From the NCBI GenBank assembly GCA_965226885.1, contig CBDDEL010000015.1, forward strand, positions 352,001 to 416,000: a stretch of 64,000 nucleotides of DNA, given 5' to 3'. A program made the translations under genes and the position numbers. The notes beneath the pieces are model-generated. The model did not search any database and had not been told where the DNA came from. It saw nothing but the letters and a program-made list of their open reading frames with translations. This document shows, in pieces, positions 1 to 10,256 of this stretch. Position 1 is the first letter of the stretch; every line of letters starts with the position of its first letter. The stretch comes from Opitutales bacterium (GTDB taxonomy: Bacteria; Verrucomicrobiota; Verrucomicrobiia; Opitutales; UBA2987).

Positions 1-9
1 AGATGGCAT

Positions 10-2907
10 GTGAGTATTTGCGATTGCATCGAATGGATGACGCCAATAAAAATCTGTATCGTGCATGGCAGTCTCAACATTCCGGTTGATTTTCTTCGAA
101 GGGACCCATTAAACGCTTCGTCCGGTAGCTTCCTCGTATGCTGCCTACTGCCCATTCTCCCGTTGACGGCCGCCAACGGTGAGTTCTGGACCGACACCGG
201 TGCGTCCTTCAATGACGGCACCCTGGGCAACTCCGGCCAGAATCTCTACGTTAACCGGTGGGGCGAACTGGAGATCATCCGCCGTTACGACATCGATGGC
301 AACGGCTACCTCGACCTACTGTTCAACAGTTCCCATGACAACTACCATGCCGTGCCGGCCACGTTGGCCACCATAATACCGGGACCAACTGTAAGAGTTA
401 CCAATCTCGGCGTGGACGGAAGCCGCCGCGTTATCCCCTACGATTTGAATCGGGACGGCTTTACCGATTTGGTCTTTATGCCCAACCTTCAGAACATCAA
501 GGAGGACCGAGCTTCGGTCATAATTGCCTGGGGCGCCGCCGATGGATGGAGAGCTGCCCGGCTGACCCGCCAGCTTCCCGGCAACAACATGGAAAGCCTG
601 GCCGTGGGGGACCTCGATGGCGACGGTTGGCCGGATATACTCACGCTTAACAGTGAAGGTTGGCTTTTCGGCCAACCACGTGGCCGAATTGTCCGCATTT
701 TTTGGGGCGGCCCGGAAGGCTATTTCCTGACCAATTATCAAGATCTTGGAATTCCCCGGGCGATCGAAGTTGTGGCTGGCGGCTTTGGGGCGCAGCGGGA
801 ATTTTCCGCCGCGGTTCTCGCTGATACCGGTGCGATCCACTATTTGGCGCCCACAGCCAATGGGACCGGCCTCCATCTCGCCCAAACCGTCCAGTTGCCT
901 GTCACGGGAGACGTTCCCGCCAAACCTCAATGCCTGCTCGCCCAGCCTGGCACGGGCCCTTCCGGCGACACCTTGTGGGTCGGCACCGATTCTCCTGTGC
1001 TGTTTCATGTCGGCGGCACGGGGCTTCCGGACAACTTCCAATCCATTGAAGCCCAACCCGCTACTCACCTGGCGCTCGGCCGCCTCGACAACGACCCGTG
1101 GCCCGACCTGGTGCTCACCAATTATCCCTTTTCCATTGCAGCAGCGATGTTGCACGCACCCGACCCCAACCCTTCGGTCACCGTCCTTTGGGGCGCTGCC
1201 GAGGGCTTGAGCACCGGGGGCAGCGTCGCCCTGTCAATTCCCAACGCGATATCGACTGCTATTGGCGACCTCAATACCGACGGTCATGGCGACTTGCTCG
1301 TATCGGTCCGTCAGGGCGATAAAACCATGAAAGCGTTCTCACGGGTGTATATGGGTGATGGCAGTCGCGAACTGCCCGCCACGGGTTTGCCCGTAGCTAC
1401 CGAGGGTGCGGAGGGTGTGGCGGTCGCAAAAATCACTCCGCAGTCCCAGCCCATGGCGATTTTCGCCAATAGCCTGGCCGCCACCCTGGATGCCGACGTG
1501 CCCCTGCATCTTTACTGGGGTTCGGCCGATGGTTTCTCCACCAAAGCGAGGACCGACATCCGAAATATCAGCGGTTATAAATCTAGCATCTCCGACCTCA
1601 ACAGCGATGGCCATGTCGACCTCATTTTCATAAACGCAAGTGGCGAGGTGAGTGAAGCGGACTTTGCGCGCATTCCTGAAGGGGGCGCTAACATATACTG
1701 GGGAGGAGATGAAGGAAGCATCCACGGCCCGGGACCCACGCGCTTCGATCCCGCCCGCCGCCAGATTCTCCGCGAGTCGGGCCTCGGCTCGATCAACGTC
1801 GCCGACCTCAACGGCGACAGTTTCCTCGACATAGTGCTAGGATCGTTTCAGTCCCCATCAAATCTGGTCATCTACTATGGCTCGGCCGCCGGCTTACTCC
1901 CCGAAAACCGTGTGGTGTTGCGCGTGCCCGACCGCTCGATCGGGTGCCTCATCGCCGACTTTAACCGCGATGGCAGCCTCGATATCATCGTCGGTGGCTA
2001 CAAAATAAACCGGATCTTCACCTATTGGGGTAGTGCCGGTGGCTACAGCGAAAGCAATAAGACCATACTACCTTACACGGCGCCCATCGACCTCGAGGCC
2101 GCCGACCTGAACGACGACGGCTGGCTCGATCTGATTGTGGCCAGTTATGATGACCCAGTAGCCGGACACCGCGACACCGGAAATTCCATCTTCTGGGGTG
2201 GGGCCGAAGGCTGGAGGCAGGCTGATTCGCAGTGGTTACAAGGGATGACCCCGATTGGGCTGGCCGTCGCCGACCTCGACGCAGACGGATTTCTCGACAT
2301 CGTCTCGCCGCACTATGCCGGTGATATAACGCGTGAACACATGCCCTCGTATATCTATTGGGGCTCCCCGCAGGGCTATGCGCCCTTGCAACGCACCTCC
2401 CTGACCGTCGACTCGGCATCTGAGGTCGTCATCGCCGACTTCGACCAGGACGGAAGACCCGACCTGGCTTTCACCGCGCACTCGGTCAATGCCGGCCACC
2501 GCACCGATACCCCAATCTACTTCAACGACGGCAACCGCTTCCAGTCGCCAAAGGTCCAATACCTGCCGGTATCCGGGCCACACTATATGTGGGTCCAGGA
2601 TATCGGCAACATCTACCACCGCCGCCATGAGGAGATCTTTACCTCGCGCGTTTTCACCTGGAAGAAAACCCGCCGGCACGGAGAAATCAAGATCGCCTCC
2701 GCCACGCCATTCGACTCCCGTGTCGGCCTTCATGTACGTAGCGCATTGGATGAAACCGCTATGGCCTCGGCGCGTTGGCGCGAAGTCTCCGGTGAATCGT
2801 TTGAAGTGTCCGGTGGCGATCGCATCCTCCAATATCGTCTCGACCTCATCAGTGCCAACGGCGATGCCTATCCACTCATCCGCAAAGTCGACCTCTCCCT
2901 CAGATGA
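10..2907 (+). CDS. Secreted 14-blade FG-GAP/VCBS-repeat protein, paralog 1 (start codon uncertain)
   Basis: Repeated D-[LF]-[ND]-x-D-G-x-x-D-L loops and IYWG motifs; hydrophobic leader FLVCCLLPILPLTAA; N- and C-terminal domains shared with 42769, 47277, 59241 and (N-terminus) 62097. Confidence 0.85.
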   Translation: MSICDCIEWMTPIKICIVHGSLNIPVDFLRRDPLNASSGSFLVCCLLPILPLTAANGEFWTDTGASFNDGTLGNSGQNLYVNRWGELEIIRRYDIDGNGYLDLLFNSSHDNYHAVPATLATIIPGPTVRVTNLGVDGSRRVIPYDLNRDGFTDLVFMPNLQNIKEDRASVIIAWGAADGWRAARLTRQLPGNNMESLAVGDLDGDGWPDILTLNSEGWLFGQPRGRIVRIFWGGPEGYFLTNYQDLGIPRAIEVVAGGFGAQREFSAAVLADTGAIHYLAPTANGTGLHLAQTVQLPVTGDVPAKPQCLLAQPGTGPSGDTLWVGTDSPVLFHVGGTGLPDNFQSIEAQPATHLALGRLDNDPWPDLVLTNYPFSIAAAMLHAPDPNPSVTVLWGAAEGLSTGGSVALSIPNAISTAIGDLNTDGHGDLLVSVRQGDKTMKAFSRVYMGDGSRELPATGLPVATEGAEGVAVAKITPQSQPMAIFANSLAATLDADVPLHLYWGSADGFSTKARTDIRNISGYKSSISDLNSDGHVDLIFINASGEVSEADFARIPEGGANIYWGGDEGSIHGPGPTRFDPARRQILRESGLGSINVADLNGDSFLDIVLGSFQSPSNLVIYYGSAAGLLPENRVVLRVPDRSIGCLIADFNRDGSLDIIVGGYKINRIFTYWGSAGGYSESNKTILPYTAPIDLEAADLNDDGWLDLIVASYDDPVAGHRDTGNSIFWGGAEGWRQADSQWLQGMTPIGLAVADLDADGFLDIVSPHYAGDITREHMPSYIYWGSPQGYAPLQRTSLTVDSASEVVIADFDQDGRPDLAFTAHSVNAGHRTDTPIYFNDGNRFQSPKVQYLPVSGPHYMWVQDIGNIYHRRHEEIFTSRVFTWKKTRRHGEIKIASATPFDSRVGLHVRSALDETAMASARWREVSGESFEVSGGDRILQYRLDLISANGDAYPLIRKVDLSLR

Positions 2908-3070
2908 CGCTCACCCCATTCCGGCGTTAAAGCGCATATCGCCAAGCGCAGAAAAGAGACGCTGCCGCCGACTTTATGGTTGGCCGAGAAGGAAATCCCA
3001 GCATGGATCCGGAGGATTTCATCATGAACAGAGCTATGGATGGGTCGGATTCGCGCTTCCCTAAATCGCG

Positions 3071-4301
3071 TTATTTTTTGGTCTCGAAAATCAGGCGCAA
3101 AATCTTGTCATCGTCTGGACGCAATCTGGCTCGTCCATCGGTATTGCTGGTCAAAACGTAGAGGTGGCCGTCCGGTCCAACGGCCACGTCGCGCAGGCGT
3201 CCGTAGATTCCGTTGTGCGGGTCGCGAGCAAACCAACGTTCAATTTTCACCACTTGATAGTCGTCCTCAAATTGGATGCGAAGGAGCGCTTCACTTCGCA
3301 AAGTGGCAACGAAGAGATCGCCCCGATAGAAGTTGATTCCTGGGGGAGGCACCGAAAAATCGCCCCACCAGATGATGGGATCCCGGTATGCAGCGATGTG
3401 AGGCGCGCCGACGACATTGGCCCAACCGTAGTTGGCTCCTTTCTCAACGATATTGATCTCGTCGCGCCCAATGACTCCAGGCCATTCACCGGATGGGCCG
3501 TGCTCGGAGTTAAACATAAGGCCGGTTTCGGGGTCCCACGCCAGGCCTTGGACTACGCGGTATCCATAGGAAAATACGGGGGAGCCAGGGAAGGGGTTAT
3601 CCTTCGGAATCTGGCCGTCCGGAGTGATGCGAAGGATTTTCCCAGCCAATGATTCGAGATCTTGGGAGAGCGGCGCCTGCCAGAGATCGCCCGTCCCGAT
3701 GTAAAGCATCCTATCGGGACCAAACGCAATCCTGCCACCGATATGAATGTCGTGGCCGGGCAAGTTGTCCAATATGACGCGGTTCAATACTCCGGTGTCA
3801 CCTTGATGGCGGAGACGAATGACACGGTTGACCATCTGGTCATCTTTTCGATAACTGTACATAGCGTAGACAAACGGGTGCGGGTGCTCTTGGGTGCGGG
3901 TGCTCTTCAAATTGGGGATGCAGGGCCAGTCCCATGAGCCCGGCATCAACGACATGGGCAACCTCCTCGATATTGATGTAGAGTTGCGGCTGGTTTTGCC
4001 CATGAGGAATTCGCTGAATGCGACCAGGTCGTTCCGAAACAAGAGCATCGCTGTTTGGCAGGAAAACCAGAGACCAGGGAATCTGTAGGTTCTCTACCCA
4101 AGTCTCGACCCTGACGCCCTCCAATTCGAGAAGAAAAACGTCGGTCACGCGTTGCGGCACTTCGCCGCGGATGGGTTGGCCATAAGTGATGCTGGAAAGG
4201 CAAAAGGCAACCAGCAGCGACAAAACTTGTTGGAACTGTGAAAAGCGAAACCAATGCCCTTTGATCGGCGGGTTTGCAGTTCTACATCTGAAGTACATCA
4301 C
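3071..4301 (-). pseudogene. PQQ-dependent glucose/sorbosone dehydrogenase family, frameshifted
   Basis: N-terminal part (PWSLVFLP..ERPGRI..GLMGLALHPQF) in ORF 3840-4301; rest (HIGGRIAFGPD..LAGKILRI..SEHGP..GRLRDV) in ORF 3071-4048; 16-bp tandem duplication 3876-3907 at the frame switch. Confidence 0.88.
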
Positions 4302-4547
4302 GGTCCTTTCCTCCGCCTATCACTGTGGACACAATCAGTTTAATGACTCACAACGTTATGGATGAGCTGCCGAGTCACAGGCGAAATCGGCTCGATTCTT
4401 TCGAAATATCCTGTCTCATGCAATTGGCTTTTTGTCTTGAAAGCAAAATTAACCCTCCCGGCAAAGCACGTGTCACCCGACTGACCGCTTTCCTACCGGG
4501 AACCAATGCATTCAATCAAAATAATCTTCATCTTCATTCAAGCTCTA

Positions 4548-5531
4548 TCAGTGGACTTGCTTTTCGATTGCTTCTATCAGCCCCTTCATGTAGCCGACTG
4601 CAAAGAGGCGGCCCATCATCGCGTAACCCGGCTCAGCATTGCTCTCACCCTCCATAGTGGGTGCATGATCGGGCCTCATGGGTCCCTTAAACCCGATGTC
4701 GTAGTAGGCTTTCATGGCCTCGAACATGTCAATTTGACCATCGTCATGGAAAGTCTCCACGAATTTCTCCCGTGTCCCTTGAATGTTCCGGAAGTGAACG
4801 AAAAAAATCTTCTTTTGCGCTCCGAAAGTGCGAATACAAGAAGGCACGTCTTCCCCCATTTCCGAAAAACAACCCTGGCAAAAGGTAAGTCCGTTCGCCG
4901 GGCTCGGATAGAAATCGAGGAGCCGTTGGAAGTGGCTCGGGCAGGTCATTATCTGGGATAATCCCCTGATGAGCGAAATCGGGGGATCCGAGGAGTGCAT
5001 GGCCAGCTTTACCCCCGCTTCCTCAGCAATCGGAATAACCACCCGAAGGAAATACTCGAGCGCTTCCCATAGCTGATCCTCGCTCACCTCACCGTACTTC
5101 GTGAGCGGCTGTTTCATCATTTTTTGATGGTCGTAGCCGGTCACCAAGGCGCCCGCTCTCGTCGGCACGTCGAAATCCGTTCTAATCCAATTGAAGACCG
5201 GAATCCAATTGTAACACAAAATGGGAATGCCTGCCGCTCCCATGTTCCTGATATTCTGGCAAAATACTTCGAGATCCGCATCCCGCCCCTCGAGTCCCAA
5301 CCTGATGCGGTTTGAGGGCTGCGGTCCGAGACCTTCTAGAACCGAGAGGCGCAACCCGTGAGCTTCCGCCCGACGCCGCATAGCGCTCAACTCTTGCAAT
5401 GGCCATAACCGTCCATGCAGTGATTTCGGCAGGTCCAAAACGACGTCCGTGGCGCCCATCTGGGCAATCAATCGCAGTTGCGACCCTTCACCGTTGCTCT
5501 TGAAGGCAATACGAATTCTTCCCTGGCTCAT
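4548..5531 (-). CDS. uxuA: Mannonate dehydratase (UxuA) family
   Basis: Motifs ILCYNW, NGLTFCQG, FVHFRN, ETFHDDG, MRPDHAP; the usual HPDDPP reads HSSDPP. Confidence 0.8.
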   Translation of the reverse strand: MSQGRIRIAFKSNGEGSQLRLIAQMGATDVVLDLPKSLHGRLWPLQELSAMRRRAEAHGLRLSVLEGLGPQPSNRIRLGLEGRDADLEVFCQNIRNMGAAGIPILCYNWIPVFNWIRTDFDVPTRAGALVTGYDHQKMMKQPLTKYGEVSEDQLWEALEYFLRVVIPIAEEAGVKLAMHSSDPPISLIRGLSQIMTCPSHFQRLLDFYPSPANGLTFCQGCFSEMGEDVPSCIRTFGAQKKIFFVHFRNIQGTREKFVETFHDDGQIDMFEAMKAYYDIGFKGPMRPDHAPTMEGESNAEPGYAMMGRLFAVGYMKGLIEAIEKQVH

Positions 5532-5824
5532 TTTCCAATTTCCTCTCTTATCCTTTGCGATGTGGCCAGCGGCCGCCGATACCCGATGGCAATCATTGAG
5601 CGAGTATTAAGGGCGGACAACCAAATAATACTCGCCTCTCGCTGAGGGACGAAATTAGACACCCATACTTCAGTAAATTGAGGTTGGCATTCACCAATGT
5701 GTCTCACGTTGTGGGTGGGATATTAAAGCAATTTGCCGTTGACACCATGAACCACTCGTATGTAGGCTCATAATTCCCTTTGACGGCGCCAATTGCGCAC
5801 CGCGAAAGAGACTAACATGTCGCC

Positions 5825-6937
5825 ATGATTGAATACATCGAAAGCTCGACGGTCTATGATAACCCGAATCCCAAGGCGCGCAGCCGGCATGCCTATTTTC
5901 CTGGTGTGGTGCAGCTTCCCTCGGGCGAGTTACTGGCCCTGTTTCCCATCGGGGAGGCATTTGAGTCGGCAGACCAAACCACCTATGTCTCTCGTTCCAA
6001 CGACTTGGGAAAAACCTGGAGATTGCAGGGTCCGCTCTACGACAGGCGCCAGGATCCGGTACCGATTAGTGACAGTCTCAAACCACTGGTGTTACGAGAC
6101 GGCACGCTGATCGCGCTCGGTTATGGTTTCCACCGCCACGATCCCGAACACCCGATTACGGTGGAAGAGACGGATGGTGTCCTGCCCGGTGAAGATTTGG
6201 TTTCGTTTTCATCGGACGAGGGGCATAGCTGGACCGAGCCTCGCGTGATTCCGCGCAGTATTCCCGAATTGGTGGAGATTCCCGGTCGCTCCGTGCAACT
6301 GCAATCTGGCGATATTGTGGCTACCGGCGGATTATTCCGTCTTCCGGACGGCACTACTCCGAGCGGCCAGTTTGGCGTGCTCATACGGAGCAAAGATAAC
6401 GGCCGCACATGGGATGACACGGTGCACTTTTTTGAGAGTCCCGACAAGACGGTGGCGGCCTACGAATCGAATGTAATTGAAATGCAACCAGGACGCCTGG
6501 TCGCCATTTGTTGGGCCTTCCAGATCAGTACCGGCAAACATCTTCCTAACCATGTCACCGTTTCCCATGATAATGGATATACCTGGTCGGCGCCTATCAA
6601 TACTGGTCACCTAGCGGAGTCCTCGAACATCTTTTATCTGGGAGGGGACCATCTGCTCAGCATCCACTGCCATCGAGGGCGCGATGTCGGTCTTTATGTG
6701 CGGTTGATCGACTTTAGCCAGGACCGTTGGAAGATGCTCGAGGAAAAAGCCATTTGGGGTACATCAATCGAATCCCAAACCCGTGATGGGCAGACCTTTC
6801 ACGAGTTCGCCGGTGCGATCCGCTTTGGCCAGGGCTCGTTGCTTGGCCTGACCAACGGCGATATCCTGGCTACTCATTGGTGCGTGGAGGAGGGCCAGGG
6901 AAAAATCCTGACCCACCGGTTGCGAGTCACCGTCTGA
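5825..6937 (+). CDS. BNR/Asp-box (sialidase-like) beta-propeller protein
   Basis: Four Asp-boxes (SNDLGKTW, SSDEGHSW, SKDNGRTW, SHDNGYTW); no FRIP motif and no signal peptide. Confidence 0.8.
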   Translation: MIEYIESSTVYDNPNPKARSRHAYFPGVVQLPSGELLALFPIGEAFESADQTTYVSRSNDLGKTWRLQGPLYDRRQDPVPISDSLKPLVLRDGTLIALGYGFHRHDPEHPITVEETDGVLPGEDLVSFSSDEGHSWTEPRVIPRSIPELVEIPGRSVQLQSGDIVATGGLFRLPDGTTPSGQFGVLIRSKDNGRTWDDTVHFFESPDKTVAAYESNVIEMQPGRLVAICWAFQISTGKHLPNHVTVSHDNGYTWSAPINTGHLAESSNIFYLGGDHLLSIHCHRGRDVGLYVRLIDFSQDRWKMLEEKAIWGTSIESQTRDGQTFHEFAGAIRFGQGSLLGLTNGDILATHWCVEEGQGKILTHRLRVTV

Positions 6938-7053
6938 CCGGTGCGATTCACGCTTTACGGGTAGAGTCGCATCCCATAAGAATTACTAGCATCGGAGTTT
7001 GTATTAATCAATTCTTTGAGTCTCGACAACCATCGATGTGAAGGAAGGATCTT

Positions 7054-8007
7054 TTGAGCAATTTCAATGCGGCATGTGTGGCCTGGGATTCAGAGGAAAT
7101 ATCCGAATGGGTGCGGCCGCAAATCGAGGCAGCGGGCGTCGAATTCGTAATGCGGCAGTGTGAGACCTCTGAGGAGGTTGTCGACACGGCCCGCGATGCG
7201 GACGTTGTATGGGTCTTGGGCGGCTCGATCCTGCTTACGGCCGAGATACTTCCACGGCTCGAGCGCTGTGGCACCGACAATATTCCGGTCGACAGTGCCA
7301 CGGAGCGCGGGATTATCGTGGCCAACACTCCGGATGCGACGGCGGTGCCGGTGGCCGAGCACGCAGCGGCGTTGCTGCTGTCAGTCGTGCGCCAAATTCC
7401 CATACACGACCGTTTTATACGACAGGGTATCTGGAATTGCGAGGAATCCAGTCCACGTATTCTGCTTCGGGGGAGTACGGTCGGCCTACTCGGCTTCGGC
7501 CGTATCGCACGGTGTGTGGCCGAGCGGCTCCATCCCTTCGGTCCGGACCGAATCATAGCGTGTGATCCCCTCGTTGACCCAAATGTAATGGTGGAGCACA
7601 AGTTGCAGGGCGTCGAACTGCCACAATTGCTGGCCGATTCGGACTTCATCTCCATTCACACCCCGTTGTTGAAAGAGACGCACCACTTGATCGGCGAGGC
7701 GGAGCTCTCTCGGATGAAGCCTACCTGTGTGGTGATCAATACTGCCAGAGGCCCAATTATCGACTCGATGGCTCTGGCGGCGGCCGGACTGGATGTCCTG
7801 GAAAGTGAGCCGCCCTCGGCAGACGATCCGCTCGTAGGCCTGCAAAACGTAGTGCTGACGCCACATATCTCCGGCCATTACGATGGTTTCCTGAACGAGT
7901 TCTGGCGACTTTCGGTGGAGACGGTGATCGATCTATCCCGCAAGAAGTGGCCGCTCTCTTTCGTCAATCCAGGCGTTGAACCACGTTGGAAACTGACGGA
8001 AAGGTAG
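7054..8007 (+). CDS. D-2-hydroxyacid dehydrogenase family, probably degenerate (two apparent in-frame deletions)
   Basis: GFGRIA Rossmann motif, INTARG, LDVLESEP, TPHISG; segments around CGTDN and ALAAAGLDV look shorter than the family norm. Confidence 0.8.
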   Translation: MSNFNAACVAWDSEEISEWVRPQIEAAGVEFVMRQCETSEEVVDTARDADVVWVLGGSILLTAEILPRLERCGTDNIPVDSATERGIIVANTPDATAVPVAEHAAALLLSVVRQIPIHDRFIRQGIWNCEESSPRILLRGSTVGLLGFGRIARCVAERLHPFGPDRIIACDPLVDPNVMVEHKLQGVELPQLLADSDFISIHTPLLKETHHLIGEAELSRMKPTCVVINTARGPIIDSMALAAAGLDVLESEPPSADDPLVGLQNVVLTPHISGHYDGFLNEFWRLSVETVIDLSRKKWPLSFVNPGVEPRWKLTER

Positions 8008-8049
8008 AAATATTAGCGGAGGAAGAAACATCTGTAACCAATAACCATT

Positions 8050-9402
8050 ATGAAAAAATTATCCCGGCGAAAGTTTGTTAAAACAACTGCCACTATTTCG
8101 GCAGGCACTTTTATTTTGCTCCGGTTTAGCATTGGGCAGTCTGTTCCATCGGCTAACAGCAAACTGAATCTCGCCTTTATTGGGGTCGGCGGCCGTGGGG
8201 TACAAAATCGGAAAGGATTGGTCGATGAGAATATTGTGGCTCTTTGCGACGTTGACGACGGGCGACTGGGCGAGGCCCAAGAGGAGCATCCCAACGCCAG
8301 GAGATTCAAGGATTTTCGGGTCATGCTGGACAAGATGGACAGCGAAATCGATGCGGTGGTGGTATCGACACCTGACCACATGCATTTTGCCTGCGTCATG
8401 GACGCGATGCAACGGGGCAAGCATGTTCTTGTGGAAAAGCCGCTCGCGCATAACATCTGGCAATGCAGAATGCTCAAGAAAGCCGCCCGTTATTACAAAG
8501 TCATCACAGCCCTGGGGAACCAGGGGCATGTTATGGAAGGCATACGATACATCAAGGAGTGGGTTGATGCGGGAGTTCTGGGCGATGTAACGGAAGTGCA
8601 CGGATGGAGCGCGGGTCCCTACACCGAGGAATTATTTTATCGAAAGCCAGACAAAAGTCCGCCGACGCCGGAGGAGGTTCCTCAAGGATTGGACTGGGAT
8701 CTCTGGCTGGGCGTTGCCAAACAGCGCCCCTACAGCCAGTTTTATCAACCAAGAACTTGGCGCGCATGGTATGATTTCGGGTCCGGCGAGTTGGGCGACT
8801 GGGTCTGTCATACACTGGATGCTCCCTTTTGGGCGCTGGATTTGGGGATGCCGACGGAGGTCAAACCAACAAGACGTCCACGGTCTCTGGAAGGTTTTGT
8901 CCCCGACCGGTCCATCACTCGCTTCAAGTTTCCGGCGCGGGGAAATAAGCCGCCGGTTACACTGAAATGGTATGACGGCGGTCTCAAACCGCGGTTGCGA
9001 TCCGAGTGGAGAATGAAGCAACTGGCGACAGAGGGGATGATCATGGTCGGAGACAAAAATACTTTGATAACTGGGGAGCGACCGGGAAGCCCCAGATTGT
9101 TGCCGAAAGATGTGTGGGAGGATTTCCGTAGAAACCTGCCGCCAAAAACAATACCGCGGATCAAAGGATCCCACTGGAAGGAATGGACCCGAGCTATCAA
9201 GGGAGAGGGTCCGATGCCCATGTCCAGCATTGATTATGGAGCGGAACTGACGGAATTGGCATTAGTGGGAGTATTGTCCCAACGATTCAATACCCGCATC
9301 AAATGGGATGCCCGGAACATGCGGGTGACCGACCGCCCCGACCTCGATGTCTACATAAAAGAACCCGTTCGCAAAGGTTGGGAATACGGTGAGGAAATTT
9401 GA
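8050..9402 (+). CDS. Tat-exported Gfo/Idh/MocA oxidoreductase
   Basis: SRRKFVK twin-arginine motif; IGVGGRG, STPDHMH, VEKPLAH, DWDLWLG, GELGDW. Confidence 0.9.
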   Translation: MKKLSRRKFVKTTATISAGTFILLRFSIGQSVPSANSKLNLAFIGVGGRGVQNRKGLVDENIVALCDVDDGRLGEAQEEHPNARRFKDFRVMLDKMDSEIDAVVVSTPDHMHFACVMDAMQRGKHVLVEKPLAHNIWQCRMLKKAARYYKVITALGNQGHVMEGIRYIKEWVDAGVLGDVTEVHGWSAGPYTEELFYRKPDKSPPTPEEVPQGLDWDLWLGVAKQRPYSQFYQPRTWRAWYDFGSGELGDWVCHTLDAPFWALDLGMPTEVKPTRRPRSLEGFVPDRSITRFKFPARGNKPPVTLKWYDGGLKPRLRSEWRMKQLATEGMIMVGDKNTLITGERPGSPRLLPKDVWEDFRRNLPPKTIPRIKGSHWKEWTRAIKGEGPMPMSSIDYGAELTELALVGVLSQRFNTRIKWDARNMRVTDRPDLDVYIKEPVRKGWEYGEEI

Positions 9403-9543
9403 AATTCCGTTACATAGCTCGGCGGCGGGGATAAATAGTTGTCGAGATTTCCGTTACCAGAAAATATCCACATGGTGGACACGTTCGTTTTTTTACAGAG
9501 ACATTTGTGTAAAATAGAAGATTGCAACAACTCATTATACTCC

Positions 9544-10230
9544 ATGAAGAACATCATTTTTTGCTTTGTTTTTGTTTCGATATCCTGCGGCTCCTTTTCA
9601 ATTGCGCGTGGCGCCCACCATGAGGAGAAAAATGACTGGATTTCACTTTTCAATGGAAAAGACCTAGAAGGATGGGTCCAGCGCAACGGCACTGCGACTT
9701 ACCGAGTGGAGGATAACGCCATCGTCGGGAAAACTTCGGTGGGAAGCCCAAACTCGTTCTTATGCACCAAGAAAGATTACAGCGATTTCGAGCTGATGTT
9801 TGAAGTGAAAGTTGACGACTTACTTAATTCAGGCGTCCAAATCCGCTCGAAAAGTGTGCCGGAGTTCAGGAACGGGCGCGTGCATGGCCCACAGGTAGAA
9901 ATTGCGATAGATGGCACGGCCGGCTTTATTTTCGGAGAAGCGATGGGAAAAGGTTGGTTTAGCAGGGATCTCGACAATGAGCAAGCACAGGCCGCTTTCA
10001 AAAAAGGCGAATGGAACAGCTACCGCGTGCGCGCTGAAGGACAATCGATACGGACTTGGGTTAATGGCGTGCCCATCACTAATCTAACAGACGATATCTC
10101 GAATATGGACAAAGGTTTCATAGGTTTGCAAGTCCATGAAATCGAGGCTGGCACGGGACCGGGACCGTTCGAGGTTCATTGGCGAAACCTCAAAATTCGA
10201 AAATTGAATCCCAAGGAGAAAAGCCCGTAG
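9544..10230 (+). CDS. DUF1080 (3-keto-glycoside hydrolase-like) secreted protein
   Basis: WISLFNGKDLEGW, NSGVQIRS, GPQVEI, GEWNSY, GFIGLQVH, WRNLKI; signal peptide after ATG 9544. Confidence 0.9.
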   Translation: MKNIIFCFVFVSISCGSFSIARGAHHEEKNDWISLFNGKDLEGWVQRNGTATYRVEDNAIVGKTSVGSPNSFLCTKKDYSDFELMFEVKVDDLLNSGVQIRSKSVPEFRNGRVHGPQVEIAIDGTAGFIFGEAMGKGWFSRDLDNEQAQAAFKKGEWNSYRVRAEGQSIRTWVNGVPITNLTDDISNMDKGFIGLQVHEIEAGTGPGPFEVHWRNLKIRKLNPKEKSP

Positions 10231-10256
10231 AGTAGTTTTTGGAGAGACGCGAATGA

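Noticed and set aside
5825..6937. Bona fide sialidase (nanH)
   Set aside because: Asp-boxes are present but the FRIP motif and a clear arginine triad are not visible
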